NCBI GenBank assembly: GCA_049322255.1
Contig: JBMORE010000022.1
Span: 62,001-126,000 of the forward strand
DNA length: 64,000 nucleotides
Direction: 5' to 3'
DNA from: Myxococcota bacterium
GTDB lineage: Bacteria; Myxococcota; Myxococcia; Myxococcales; Myxococcaceae
Made by a program: the position numbers and the translations under genes. Under the pieces are notes generated by a model. That model saw only the letters and a program-made list of their open reading frames with translations. It was not told the origin of the DNA and did no database searches. This document shows, in pieces, positions 6,570-18,100 of the stretch. Every line of letters begins with the position of its first letter. Position 1 is the first letter of the stretch.

Positions 6570-9236
6570 ATGGGGGTCAGGAAATCAGCGCTGGGCTTGG
6601 TCGTGCTGGCGTTCGCGATCATCGTGGGGTGCTCGAGCACAGGGGGCGGGTGCGCGGGGCTGCAGCCGTTGCCGAACAACGCGCGCTATCAAGGGCCGAA
6701 GACCGACAACGTGGTCAACTTCCGGCTCTCTCCCGGAGGTATCAACTACCTCAACTCGAACTGGCGAACGCTGATCGACATGTTCGCGCCGGGGCAAGTC
6801 ATTCACTTCCCGGTTCCCTGCACCCGTTTCGACGTGGGTATCAGTGGGGTGCTTCGCTGGGTGTTGATCGCGAATCAGGGGGGCGCCAACTGCACCTCAG
6901 AATCCTGCGGCCGCATGGACGGCATTTGCGACGCCCGCGACGTACCGGCGGACGTGACCATCACCGTGACCGGGTTCCAACTGGTCCCCAGCCCGCCCGA
7001 CAAAATCAACGGCACGCTTCGCGTCTCGGTCAACACGGGGAAGGTTTACGTCGACACGGAAGATCGAACGCAACAGAAGTGCCTGATCTACCCGTCGTGC
7101 TGGTCGTTCCTCGGCAGCACCTGTCCGGTCAAGTGCAGCGTGCTGTTCAACAGCGCGCGCGCGTCACCTTCCGACAACCGCATGGTGGCGACGGTGAAGT
7201 TCACCATCGACACGCGCTGGGACAAGCTCCTGGCTTTCTCGGTGGAAAATGTCGATGGCGCGAAGATCTGCGGAGCCAGCGGCGCTCCCCCGAGCGGCGC
7301 CGACAACTGTCTGGAGCCGAGCGACCTGTCGCTCAATGGCGAGAACTCCTGTGGCGGCTACTGCGACGCGGTCGACTGGGACCCGGTCAAGACCTTCCTT
7401 CTGCAGATGATCTCCCCCACGCTCGAACAAAAGGTCAGAGAGACCGTCGCCGGCCAGTCTTGCGAGAAGTGCGGCACCGGGCTCAAGGCGTGTCCGACGG
7501 CCGGCACAGCGACGTCCACCTGCCAAAACGGTGTCTGCATGGATGGCCAACAGTGCGTGCCCCGCTTCCTCGGCGTGGAGGGGCGCGTCACCCTTTCCGA
7601 TTTCATGGGGAGCTTCGGTGTCCCTCCCACCGCCCAGCTCGACATGTCCATCGCCGCCGGCAGCTCGGTGGCTGTCGACCAGGGCATCAGCATCGGCACC
7701 CGTGGCGGCATCACCTCGCTCACCCCTGCTCCCTGCGTGGCCCCACTTCCCGCTCCGGCCATCAACCCGGTGCCTCCGCCCGACTTCGACGCCGACGCCG
7801 CCCGGGCGCCGCTCGACGCTTCGGGCTACCACGTGGGCTTGGGGCTTTCGCAGTCCTTTCTCAACCTGGCGATGCACCACGCGCAGCAGTCCGGAGCGCT
7901 CTGCATCAACGTGAACAGCTCCACCGTGGGCGTGCTCAACTCCGGCCTGTTCAAGACCTTCCTCCCCTCGCTGGGCAAGCTGGTCACCCGCGACGGCAAG
8001 GACGCGCCGATGATGATCGTCTTGCGCCCGGCGCAGGTGCCGACCATCACCGTGGGCGAAGGCACCTACGATCCGGCCACCAAGCGGCCGGTGAAGCCGT
8101 TGCTCCTCATCAAGCTTCCCGACATCAGCGTCGACTTTTACGCGATGCTCGATGATCGTTACGCCCGCCTCTTCACCGTCACCGCCGACATCTCTTTGCC
8201 GCTGTCGCTCATCTTCAACGGGTGCTCCAGCGTGCAGCCGGCGCTGGGCGACTTGAAGCAGCTCATCACCAACGTGCGCACCGCCAACAGCGAAATGCTC
8301 GCCGAAGATCCGAAGGTCCTCGCCGACCTCATCCCCGCGGTGATTGGTCTGGCCGAGCCCGCGGTGGCCGGGGCGCTGCAACCGTTCACCATGCCCGACC
8401 TGGGCACCTTCAAGCTCAAGGTCAACGCCACCAAGGGCGTGGGCAACATCGCCGGCACCGAGACCTACAATCACTTGGGCATCTACGCGACGCTCCTCCC
8501 CGCGGGAGCCGCGTGCGCGGTGAGCGGCCCCACCACCCAGGTCGCCCTCAAGCGCTCGATCATCCCCGCGGCCGCGGACATGCGCCTGCGGGGCCAGCCG
8601 TTGCCGTGGCCAGTGGCGGTGCTCGACGTGCGCGCCCTGGGGGTCGAAGGCACTGCCGAGTTCGCCTACCGGGTGGACCAAGGATTGTGGAGCACCTTCC
8701 TCCTCGCCAATGCGCAGCACGAGCTCGAGGTTTCGCACCCTGCGTTTCTCCTCCAGGGCCAACACGTCATCGAGGTGCGTTCGCGCCTGGCCGACGACCC
8801 GCACGGCATCTCTGCTCCGGTGGCGATCGGCTTTCAGGTCGACTGGGAGCCGCCTGAGGTTTCACTCCACGCCGATCGCGACAACAACCGCCTGCTGGTC
8901 GAGGCGCGCGATGTCATCTCGCCGCCCGAGAAGCTGACCTTTGCCTATGCGGTGGGGGAGGGCGCCTTCTCCGACTTCGGCCCCACTCGCTTGATTGACT
9001 TGGCAGCGATCGAGGCCGCGGGAGGGCTCGAGGTCCGTGTGCGCGACGAGCTGGGCAACGTCGGCGAAGCGGCCTTCCGGGTACCCGGCGCGGCATTGCA
9101 CCCGGAGAGCGAGCCAGCGGTGGCGGCCGATTCGATGCCAAACGCAGGCTGCACGTCGACCGGCGGGCTCATCGGCTTTGCCGCCCTGGGGTTGTTGGGG
9201 CTCTTGTGTCGTCGCCGCGGGCCGCGGTCACCGTAA
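6570..9236 (+). CDS. Large Cys-rich surface protein with lipobox and MYXO-CTERM sorting signal
   Basis: N-terminal hydrophobic stretch plus IVG-C; C-terminal AGCTSTGG-hydrophobic-RRR. Confidence 0.75.
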   Translation: MGVRKSALGLVVLAFAIIVGCSSTGGGCAGLQPLPNNARYQGPKTDNVVNFRLSPGGINYLNSNWRTLIDMFAPGQVIHFPVPCTRFDVGISGVLRWVLIANQGGANCTSESCGRMDGICDARDVPADVTITVTGFQLVPSPPDKINGTLRVSVNTGKVYVDTEDRTQQKCLIYPSCWSFLGSTCPVKCSVLFNSARASPSDNRMVATVKFTIDTRWDKLLAFSVENVDGAKICGASGAPPSGADNCLEPSDLSLNGENSCGGYCDAVDWDPVKTFLLQMISPTLEQKVRETVAGQSCEKCGTGLKACPTAGTATSTCQNGVCMDGQQCVPRFLGVEGRVTLSDFMGSFGVPPTAQLDMSIAAGSSVAVDQGISIGTRGGITSLTPAPCVAPLPAPAINPVPPPDFDADAARAPLDASGYHVGLGLSQSFLNLAMHHAQQSGALCINVNSSTVGVLNSGLFKTFLPSLGKLVTRDGKDAPMMIVLRPAQVPTITVGEGTYDPATKRPVKPLLLIKLPDISVDFYAMLDDRYARLFTVTADISLPLSLIFNGCSSVQPALGDLKQLITNVRTANSEMLAEDPKVLADLIPAVIGLAEPAVAGALQPFTMPDLGTFKLKVNATKGVGNIAGTETYNHLGIYATLLPAGAACAVSGPTTQVALKRSIIPAAADMRLRGQPLPWPVAVLDVRALGVEGTAEFAYRVDQGLWSTFLLANAQHELEVSHPAFLLQGQHVIEVRSRLADDPHGISAPVAIGFQVDWEPPEVSLHADRDNNRLLVEARDVISPPEKLTFAYAVGEGAFSDFGPTRLIDLAAIEAAGGLEVRVRDELGNVGEAAFRVPGAALHPESEPAVAADSMPNAGCTSTGGLIGFAALGLLGLLCRRRGPRSP

Positions 9237-10415
9237 GGGCAAGGGGCGGTCGGTTTCGAACCAGGCATCGTTGGGGCCCACTGCACGCGCTTGTCCGATG
9301 GGATGCGCCGTGGTGCATCGGCAAATCACACGGCGTGCGAGCACGCGGTGAGCGCCCAGAAGCTCGGACACGTCGTTGAGCGGTTGAACGTCGCGCGAGG
9401 TGGGAGTGAGCGCTGATTTGGCCTCGAGAAGCTCGAAGCGGCCCCCACGGTGGATGAGGAAGTCCACCTCTCGCGAACGGTCGCGGTAGAAGAAAAGCGA
9501 CGCGACGTCTTGAGCCGCAGCCTGGCGCTTGCGTAGCTCCGAGTAGACGAAGGTCTCCCAAATCGCCCCCAGGTAGGGCGAGCGGAGAAGCTCCTCGAGG
9601 CTCTGAATCCCTAAAAGCCAGGCGAGGAACCCCGCATCGGCCCAATAGAGCTTGGGGGTTTTCACCACGGACTTCGACTTGTTCGCAAACCAGGGCTCGA
9701 GCAAAAAGATTTGGTTCGACGCCGCCAGAACGCTCAACCATTGATTCGCCGTCGGAGCGCTGATGCCCACGTCGCGTCCAAGCTCGGACTTGTTGAGAAG
9801 CTGTCCCGAACGCAGCGCGCACACCCGCACGAAACGCTCGAAATCGCGCAGGCTCCCCACGTTGAGCAGCGAGCGCACATCCCGTTCGAGATAAGTGGCG
9901 AAGTAAGAGCGGTAGTACTCGCGATGGTCGAGCTCGAGCTCGTCGTAGAGCTCAGGGTACCCGCCACGGAGGAGCACTTCCTCGAGGGAGATGTTGGGCA
10001 ACGCCGCGTGGATCTCCGCCCACGAGAGGGTTTCCAACTCGAGAATCCCCGCCCGGCCCGCAAGCGAGTCCGACACGCCCTGCATGAGGAGAAATTTCTG
10101 GGAGCCGGTGAGAAGAAAGCGGGCTTTTTCCTTGCGGTGCGCGTCGATGTCCGTCTTGAGGTGACGAAAGAGGCCGGGGGCGTACTGCACCTCGTCGACC
10201 ACCACCGGCGGCGGGTGACGGGCAAGGAAGGTCGCGCTGTCTTCTTCCGCCAGCGCCGCTTCCGCCGGAAGCTCCAGAGAAACGAAGGTATGGGCCGGAA
10301 ACAGGCGCCGAAGCAGCGACGTCTTGCCCGCTTGCCGAGCCCCCGTGAGCACCACCGCTGGACGCTGCGCTGCCAGGCGCTCCAGCACGGAGGAGATTCC
10401 TCGATGAATCCACAT
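9228..10415 (-). CDS. AAA_14 ATPase with C-terminal DUF4143 (PD-(D/E)xK-like) domain
   Basis: GARQAGKT, DEVQ, LTGS, GGYP, TYLERD, KTPKLY, EVDF...EAK. Confidence 0.9.
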   Translation of the reverse strand: MWIHRGISSVLERLAAQRPAVVLTGARQAGKTSLLRRLFPAHTFVSLELPAEAALAEEDSATFLARHPPPVVVDEVQYAPGLFRHLKTDIDAHRKEKARFLLTGSQKFLLMQGVSDSLAGRAGILELETLSWAEIHAALPNISLEEVLLRGGYPELYDELELDHREYYRSYFATYLERDVRSLLNVGSLRDFERFVRVCALRSGQLLNKSELGRDVGISAPTANQWLSVLAASNQIFLLEPWFANKSKSVVKTPKLYWADAGFLAWLLGIQSLEELLRSPYLGAIWETFVYSELRKRQAAAQDVASLFFYRDRSREVDFLIHRGGRFELLEAKSALTPTSRDVQPLNDVSELLGAHRVLARRVICRCTTAHPIGQARAVGPNDAWFETDRPLPLR

Positions 10416-10424
10416 GCTTACGTA

Positions 10425-10453
10425 AGTTTAAAGATGAGCTTAAAATATGTAAA
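10425..10453 (-). promoter_or_regulatory. Putative sigma70 promoter of the AAA-DUF4143 gene (near-leaderless)
   Basis: Minus strand TTTACA-17 nt-TAAACT, 9 nt before the ATG; AT-rich island with palindrome CTTACGTAAG (10417-10426). Confidence 0.55.
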
Positions 10454-10506
10454 TATCAGCCTTGTAAAGTCATAGGTCCCGATCCTGCGGTGGTTTCGGG
10501 TGTACG

Positions 10507-11034
10507 GTGGGAGCCCTCATGTTGCCCGTCTGCTTCGCCGCCGCCGCGCTGGTGGTCGCCGTACCGGTGATGGCGCAAGAACGCTTCGATCACCGCGGCG
10601 CCTTGGGGGTGCTCCTGGGCGGAGGGCTCGAGCACAAAAGCAGCGGGGTGATTGGCGCCATCCCCGACTCGGGCGTGCGCGGAGACGTGGACCTGGGGCT
10701 CACTTTCCCCGTCGGCCACGACGGCAACGAGCTGGCGTTCTGGGCCCGTGGCACCTTGGGCGGCCCCTCACTCGACCTCTCCCTCACCGGCGGCTACCGC
10801 GGCTACTTCGCCGAGGACGAGCGCGTGAAGACGTTCTTCGATCTCGACGCCGCCCTCCACGCCGGCTCCGCTTTCACCATCGGCCCCCGTATGGGCTTCG
10901 GAGCGATGTACGAGCTTTCTTCGGTGGTTGGGCTGTACACCGGCCTGGGTGCCCAGGTCGGCTTCGGCTCCACTTTGCGTTTCGACTTCGAGCTCCTCCT
11001 CGGCGTTCAGCTGCGCACCTACCTGTTCGAGTGA
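10507..11034 (+). CDS. Small outer-membrane beta-barrel-like protein
   Basis: Signal peptide, alternating amphipathic strands, aromatic C-terminus (TYLFE). Confidence 0.65.
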   Translation: MGALMLPVCFAAAALVVAVPVMAQERFDHRGALGVLLGGGLEHKSSGVIGAIPDSGVRGDVDLGLTFPVGHDGNELAFWARGTLGGPSLDLSLTGGYRGYFAEDERVKTFFDLDAALHAGSAFTIGPRMGFGAMYELSSVVGLYTGLGAQVGFGSTLRFDFELLLGVQLRTYLFE

Positions 11035-11096
11035 TTTTTTTGACGGGTGACGCGCGTGTGCGACCATGTGTGCCTCTGTAGGGAGGGACACACCAC

Positions 11097-11261
11097 ATGC
11101 ACGACAGTTCTCGCCTCACCTCGGTGGTTTTCCGGCTCAACCGCGATCGTCTCGACGCGCTCAAAGAGCTCTCGCGCAGCACGCGAATTCGCCAGAGCGA
11201 GTATTTGCGCGAGGCGATCGGGGACTTGATCGGGAAGTACGACGAGAGATTGATGGACTAG
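11097..11261 (+). CDS. Ribbon-helix-helix DNA-binding protein (54 aa, absent from the ORF track)
   Basis: Translated by hand: MHDSSRLTSVVFRLNRDRLDALKELSRSTRIRQSEYLREAIGDLIGKYDERLMD; GGAGG RBS. Confidence 0.8.
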   Translation: MHDSSRLTSVVFRLNRDRLDALKELSRSTRIRQSEYLREAIGDLIGKYDERLMD

Positions 11262-12076
11262 AAAAAAGGGGGCTCCGCTGGCAGGTGAGGTGGGGCCTTT
11301 CGCTCGGCGGCGAACGGGTCGAGCGGGGGAGGGTAGTGGACTTCCCACAGCGTCAACCCCGCAGCCGGCGCTTTGAGCCCGGAGATTTCCTGCGCCGATT
11401 CGAGCGCGGCCCGGAGCGCTTCTTCGGAAAGCACCCCGGCGGCGGCGAGGGCCACCGAGCCCACCAGGTAGCGCACCTGGTAGCGCGCGAAGGCGTCTCC
11501 GACAAGCCGTGCTTCGAACACTCCCGGCGCCACTTCCAGAAGCTTCGCCGACGTCAGCGTGCGCGCTCGCCGCACGCTCGAGCTCTCGTGAAAGGCGAAG
11601 AAGTCTCTTGTGCCCACGCATAAGGAAAAGAGCGCCGCCAGCCGCGCCGGGTCTAGCCTCGCGCCGAAAAGCCGCGGCTCCAGCGACGGTTGCCAGACGA
11701 GCCCTTCCCACGCCGGCGGGGGTGGGCCCAACGCCAACCGGTAGCGGTACTCTTTCGCAGTGGCGCGCCACTGGGCGTGGAAGCCCGCCGGCGCCCGTTT
11801 GAGCGCGCAGACCCCCAGCCCGGGGGGCAGCCGGGGGCGGAGCGCGCGCTCCACCTCGTCGACCGCGCGGGAAGGATCGAGGCGGAAGCTCACCACCTGC
11901 ATGCGTGCATGTACACCCTTGTCGGTTCTGCCCGCGGGAGAGGGGTTGTGGGGCACTCCGACGGCGGCGAGCGCGCTTCGGAGGGTGGCTTGTACCGTGG
12001 GCCCTTGGGCTTGCGTCTGGAACCCCAAGAACCGCTCGCCGCGGTACCAAACCCACATCGCAACATTGGTGCGCAC
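11258..12076 (-). CDS. truA: tRNA pseudouridine synthase A
   Basis: AGRTDKGVHA, FHA...Y.Y, APAAGLTL. Confidence 0.9.
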   Translation of the reverse strand: MRTNVAMWVWYRGERFLGFQTQAQGPTVQATLRSALAAVGVPHNPSPAGRTDKGVHARMQVVSFRLDPSRAVDEVERALRPRLPPGLGVCALKRAPAGFHAQWRATAKEYRYRLALGPPPPAWEGLVWQPSLEPRLFGARLDPARLAALFSLCVGTRDFFAFHESSSVRRARTLTSAKLLEVAPGVFEARLVGDAFARYQVRYLVGSVALAAAGVLSEEALRAALESAQEISGLKAPAAGLTLWEVHYPPPLDPFAAERKAPPHLPAEPPFF

Positions 12077-12108
12077 GCGTCGGCCGGTAGACTATCGTCC
12101 TTCACCGC

Positions 12109-13002
12109 ATGGGGCCGAGACAGAATGTAGGCAGCGACCTCGTCGCCGGCGGCGATTGGCTGTTCCGCCAAGGAGAGCTGATTCTCGGGCCGGTGCCCTC
12201 TCAGCAGATCGTCGACCTCTTGTTCAATGGCGACCTCGACGGGCGCTCCGAGGTTCAGAAGATGGGAAGTGGGCACTTCGTCCCTCTTTCCCAGGTGGAT
12301 GTCTTCAAGGTGCACCTGGCCAAGGCCCAGGCCAAGCACCGCGTCGACGCCCAGGCGCGCTCAGTGGCCGACGCAGCCAAGCGGCGCCGCATGGTACGCA
12401 TCGGCGTGGTGGCGGCGATCTGCACGGTGACCGCGGTGGGCGCGGCCTACGTCGCCGGGTACATGGCGGTGCACAAGCCGTGGAAGAACGCCGACGAGCT
12501 TGCCTATGCCGAGCTCATCTCGGTGGAGGCGCCCACCATCACCCGGGCCAAGGTGCGTCGCGAAGAGGAAGACCTGGTCGCCTACCCCGGCATGGGGACG
12601 ACGAGCAAAGGCTCTGACAGGCCGGGCGAGAAGCCGACCAGGCTCGCCTCGGCGAAGAAAGGCGCGCCCAAGCTGACCGGCGAGAGTGAAGACCCTGACG
12701 GCATGCAGATGGCCCAGGTGGACTACGACGCGATCAACGCGGTGGTCGCCGCCAAGCAAAAAACGCTCTACCCCTGTTTATTGGCCGAGGCGCAGAAAAA
12801 GCCCGGCCTGTCCGCGCGCATTCCGGTCGAGTTCGTCATCGGCAACGACGGCCGGGTGAGCAAGGTGTGGGTCGACCACCCGCAGTTCAAGACCGGCTCC
12901 TTGCCCGAGTGCTTGCTCCGCGAGCTGCAAAAGTGGCGCTTCAAGCCCAACGAAGCGGGGGGGGCGAGCGTGCAAGTGCCTTTCAAGATCGGAAAGGGCT
13001 AA
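12109..13002 (+). CDS. GYF_2-domain / TM / AgmX-PglI (TonB-C-like) C-terminal domain protein
   Basis: W...GP GYF-like N-terminus, one TM segment, C-terminal CL..VEFVIGNDGRV..CL..WRF domain. Confidence 0.7.
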   Translation: MGPRQNVGSDLVAGGDWLFRQGELILGPVPSQQIVDLLFNGDLDGRSEVQKMGSGHFVPLSQVDVFKVHLAKAQAKHRVDAQARSVADAAKRRRMVRIGVVAAICTVTAVGAAYVAGYMAVHKPWKNADELAYAELISVEAPTITRAKVRREEEDLVAYPGMGTTSKGSDRPGEKPTRLASAKKGAPKLTGESEDPDGMQMAQVDYDAINAVVAAKQKTLYPCLLAEAQKKPGLSARIPVEFVIGNDGRVSKVWVDHPQFKTGSLPECLLRELQKWRFKPNEAGGASVQVPFKIGKG

Positions 13003-13011
13003 GAGGGGCCC

Positions 13012-13590
13012 ATGTCCAACGATTCGTTCCGCCAGACGGTGCTGCTCGCGGCGCGCCGCTTCAAGTCCACCTGGGTCGACTTAGGCAGGCTCCTCGTTCG
13101 GGTGCGCAACGAGGCGCTGTACGAGGAGTGGGGCTTTCCCTCGTTCGAGGCCTACTGCTCCAAGGAGCTGCACATCCGCAAGGCGACGGCAGACAAGCTC
13201 ACCCGCTCGTTCTCCTTTTTGGCCAAGCACGAGCCCAAGGCGCTGGAGCGTGACGACTCGAGCCAGGCCGCCCCGGCCTTCGAGGTGGTCGAGGTGCTGG
13301 CGGGCGCCGAGGAGCGCGGGCAGCTCTCGGCGGCCGAGTACCGGAGCATTCGCGACTCCATCTGGAGCCCCGAGAAGCCGGTGGCCGAGCTGCGGCGCGA
13401 GCTGTCGGAGCGCTACCCGCGGCCAGTGAAGCCGTTGGGCGAGGGCCTCATGCTTCGTCGGCTGGCATCGGCGGCGCGGCGGCTTGCCAATGAGCTGGCC
13501 GCGAGCCGCAAGGTGCCCAAGGCGGTGGCGGAGCGGGCCGCGGCGCTGGCGGATGACGTGGAGGAGCTCTCTTCTCAGCACGCTGCGTAA
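13012..13590 (+). CDS. Hypothetical protein, possible DNA-binding (DUF3102-like) N-terminus
   Basis: W.DLG..L..VR...LY..WG..SFE.YC..EL.I pattern; good RBS and codon bias. Confidence 0.6.
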   Translation: MSNDSFRQTVLLAARRFKSTWVDLGRLLVRVRNEALYEEWGFPSFEAYCSKELHIRKATADKLTRSFSFLAKHEPKALERDDSSQAAPAFEVVEVLAGAEERGQLSAAEYRSIRDSIWSPEKPVAELRRELSERYPRPVKPLGEGLMLRRLASAARRLANELAASRKVPKAVAERAAALADDVEELSSQHAA

Positions 13591-13775
13591 GCGTTGTGCG
13601 GCGAACGCCCAGGCCCGTTATGTCGTTCGAGAAGAAGGCCGACCCGCACGGGCTTCCGGCAGGTGGGACTGGGTCCTATATTTCACGCGGCGTGGTCGTT
13701 GGATTTGGGGAGTGAGCGCGCTGTAGTAGCATCGACGAGAAAGCAAAAAAGGCCAAAGCGCCTCGGAGGTTCGAA

Positions 13776-15056
<1,281 letters not shown>

Positions 15057-15144
15057 GTCGCCACGCGGTGCTTTTTCATTTCGCTTCGCTTCGGCGGTTA
15101 GTAAGAAGGCCCCTCCATTCCATCGGTCAATCGGAGGGCTCCCC

Positions 15145-18100
15145 ATGTCGAAGTCGCTGTCGGCTGGTGTATTGCTCCTAGGAGCGGTTGTCGGGTTGGG
15201 TTGTGCTTCCTCGCCTCCACCTTCTGACCCGCCGACGGCGAACGCGGGCAGCCCCAAGGCGGTCGCGGTGGGAGATCGGGTCATCCTCGACGGGTCGGGC
15301 AGCGCCGACGCGAAGAACCGGGCCCTCAGCTATCAGTGGTCGCTGACCGCCGTCCCCGCGGGGTCGCAGGCCGAGCTGGAGGGGGCCGACCGGGTCAACC
15401 CCAGCTTCGTCGCCGATGTTCCGGGAACCTTCGAGGCCAGGTTGGTGGTGGTGGCCGGAGGGCTCGCTTCGGCGCCGGCGACGGTGACCGTCACCTCGAC
15501 TGCCGCCGATCCGGTGGCGCGGGTGATGGATGTCGCCGGCCAGCCGGGGGAGACCCTCGTCCTCGACGGCACGGCCTCCACCTCTCCCTCGGGGAAGCCG
15601 CTGACGTTCAAGTGGAGCGTCACCGACCCCAAGGGCGCCAACGTCTCCTTGCTCAACCAGTCCTCCGCGCAGCCCTCCTTCCGCGCCGATGTCATCGGCG
15701 CCTATGCCATCACCCTGGTGGTCAATGACGGTCAGAAAGACTCTGCTCCCGCCAGCGCCACCGCGTCGGTGGAGTGGGGCCTGACCCGCCCGGTGGCCAA
15801 CGCCGGCCCCGATCTCGCCGTCAACGTCGACGACGACGTGCTTTTGGATGCGTCGGGCAGCTACACCCGCAACTACGTAGATGGCGAGCCTCGCCCGCTC
15901 ACCTACCAGTGGACCTTGTCGACCACGCCGATCGGCTCGACCGCGACCTTGCCGGCGGGGGGCGTCACCGTCACCTTGAAGCCGGATCTCGCTGGGACCT
16001 ACGTGGTCAAGCTGGTGGTGAACGACGGGCTGCTCTCCAGCGAGCCGGACACCGTGGTGCTCACCGTCACCGACACCAACCAACCCCCGGTGGCCAACGC
16101 CGGCCCCAGCGTCACCGTCGGTCGCAACACCGTGGCGACCTTGAATGGCAACGCCAGCTTCGACCCCGAGGGAGGAATGCTCACTTACCAGTGGACGCTT
16201 TATTCGGCGCCTTCAGGGTCGACCGCCACCTTGGCCAACGACAACACTGCGAGCCCGACCCTGACCCCGGACGTCTTCGGAGCCTACCGAATCAAGCTGG
16301 TGGTGACCGACGCCAAGGGCCTCTCCAGCGCCCCTTCGCTGGCCAGCGTCTTTGCGGTGAACAACGCCCCCACCGCCGTCATCGCGGGGAGTGCGCCCAT
16401 CGCGGGCTGGGTGAACAACGACGTCACCTTGGACGCCACTGGCTCCACCGACACGGAAGGAGACCCGCTGACGTACAACTGGAATGTCTTCAGCGCCCCG
16501 CCCGGGGGAGGTTTCGGCTTCACCGGCGTGCCCCAGAACGGGCAGATCCGCTTCCGCGGGCAGAACCCGGGTGACTACGTCATTCAGGTGACCGTGTCCG
16601 ATTCGGCCGGCAACCAGGCCACCGCTTCGACCACGGTGCGCTTGAGCCGTGCGAACGCGTTGACCATCGTCAGCGGCAACAACCAGTCGGCCCAGGTGGA
16701 CAGCTCGCTCGGAGCCGCCTTGGTAGTCAGGGCCACCAACGGCGCTGCCAATGTTCCTGGAGCCCAGTTGGTATGGAACATCGCGGGCGGCGCGATGCTT
16801 TCCGCTGCAGGTACCACCGACGGTTCGGGTAGTGCGCAGGCCTACGTGCGGGTGGGCAAAATCACGGGCGCGGGGACGCTCAAGGTGTGGTTGGCGGCAG
16901 ACCCTTCGGTGAGCGCGACTTTCAATTTCACCGCCACTGCGGGAACCGTGACTTCCATCGCGGTCGATGCCGCGCCGGGCGACGTCATCAATGGGGCCAA
17001 GGTCGTGGTCCGCACCGTCGATGCGTTCGGTAACTTCGCCACCGATGGTGCCAGCGCGTCGTCCACCTTTGGGTTGACGGTGACCGGTGCGGGTGCTCCC
17101 AGCTTCGCTTCGTCCCCCACACGGGGAACGCTGGTTTCCGGGGGTGGCACCGCGAACATCGTCGGCACGCTCAGTCAGGGCGAGTTCGAGATCGTCCTCA
17201 ACGGCAACGTCACCACACTGCTCAATCTGACGTTGCAAAGCGGCGGGGCGGCCACTCCCGTCGGGTTCGCCTCTTGGGTGACCGGAGCGTTCGACGATGC
17301 CGAGGATGGCACCGGAGGTTGGACGCTGCAGAACGGCTCGCCGGCTTGGGCGGCGAAGGTGGGAACGTCGACGGCGGTATCGGGCAAACGCTCCTTCGGG
17401 CTGGAGCAGACTGTCCCCGACCTCCTCAATAATGGGTACAGCGCAATGACCCGCCAGGTTTCGCCGACGAACAACGTGCAGGCGGCGCGGCTGAGCTTTT
17501 CTCATCGGCTCAGCTTCAGCAGCGGAAGCGACACCCAGGCTCAGTGCAGCGCACACCCCCTCGCCTTCGTTCAGGCCAAAAGCTGCAACAGCTACTTCTG
17601 TGGCTCGCGCGGGCTCACTCCGCAGGGCGGCTGGGGTGTGTTGGCGGCCTGTGACGGAAACAACGGGCGCCAGGGCTTCTTGGCCAACACCAATTTTTCG
17701 ACGGTGGAGGTCGACCTCACCGATGCGGTGCGCGCTGGGTTCCGATGGGTGTCTTTCGCGCAGACCAACGTGCCCAACCCGGCGACTCCGGTGACCGCCG
17801 GTTCCTGGTACGTGGACGACGTGCGCGCGCGGTACCTCACCTTGCCTGGCGTGCAGGCGGTGACGGCGGTTCCGCTCCTTCCGGGACCCGGCGCCACTGT
17901 CGACCTCCCCAGCGTGCTCGCGCCCCAGGTGATCTACAACCAGTGCGTGAACACCCGCATCAACCCGTTGGCCAACGCCCGCATCCTCGACGCCAAGGGG
18001 AACGTCGCGCGTGAGTATGATGCCATCTTGAAGTTCACCTGGAATGGTTCGGCCACCCTCGTCGCCGTCACCAACGGCGCCATGGTGGGTGGACCAGGAA

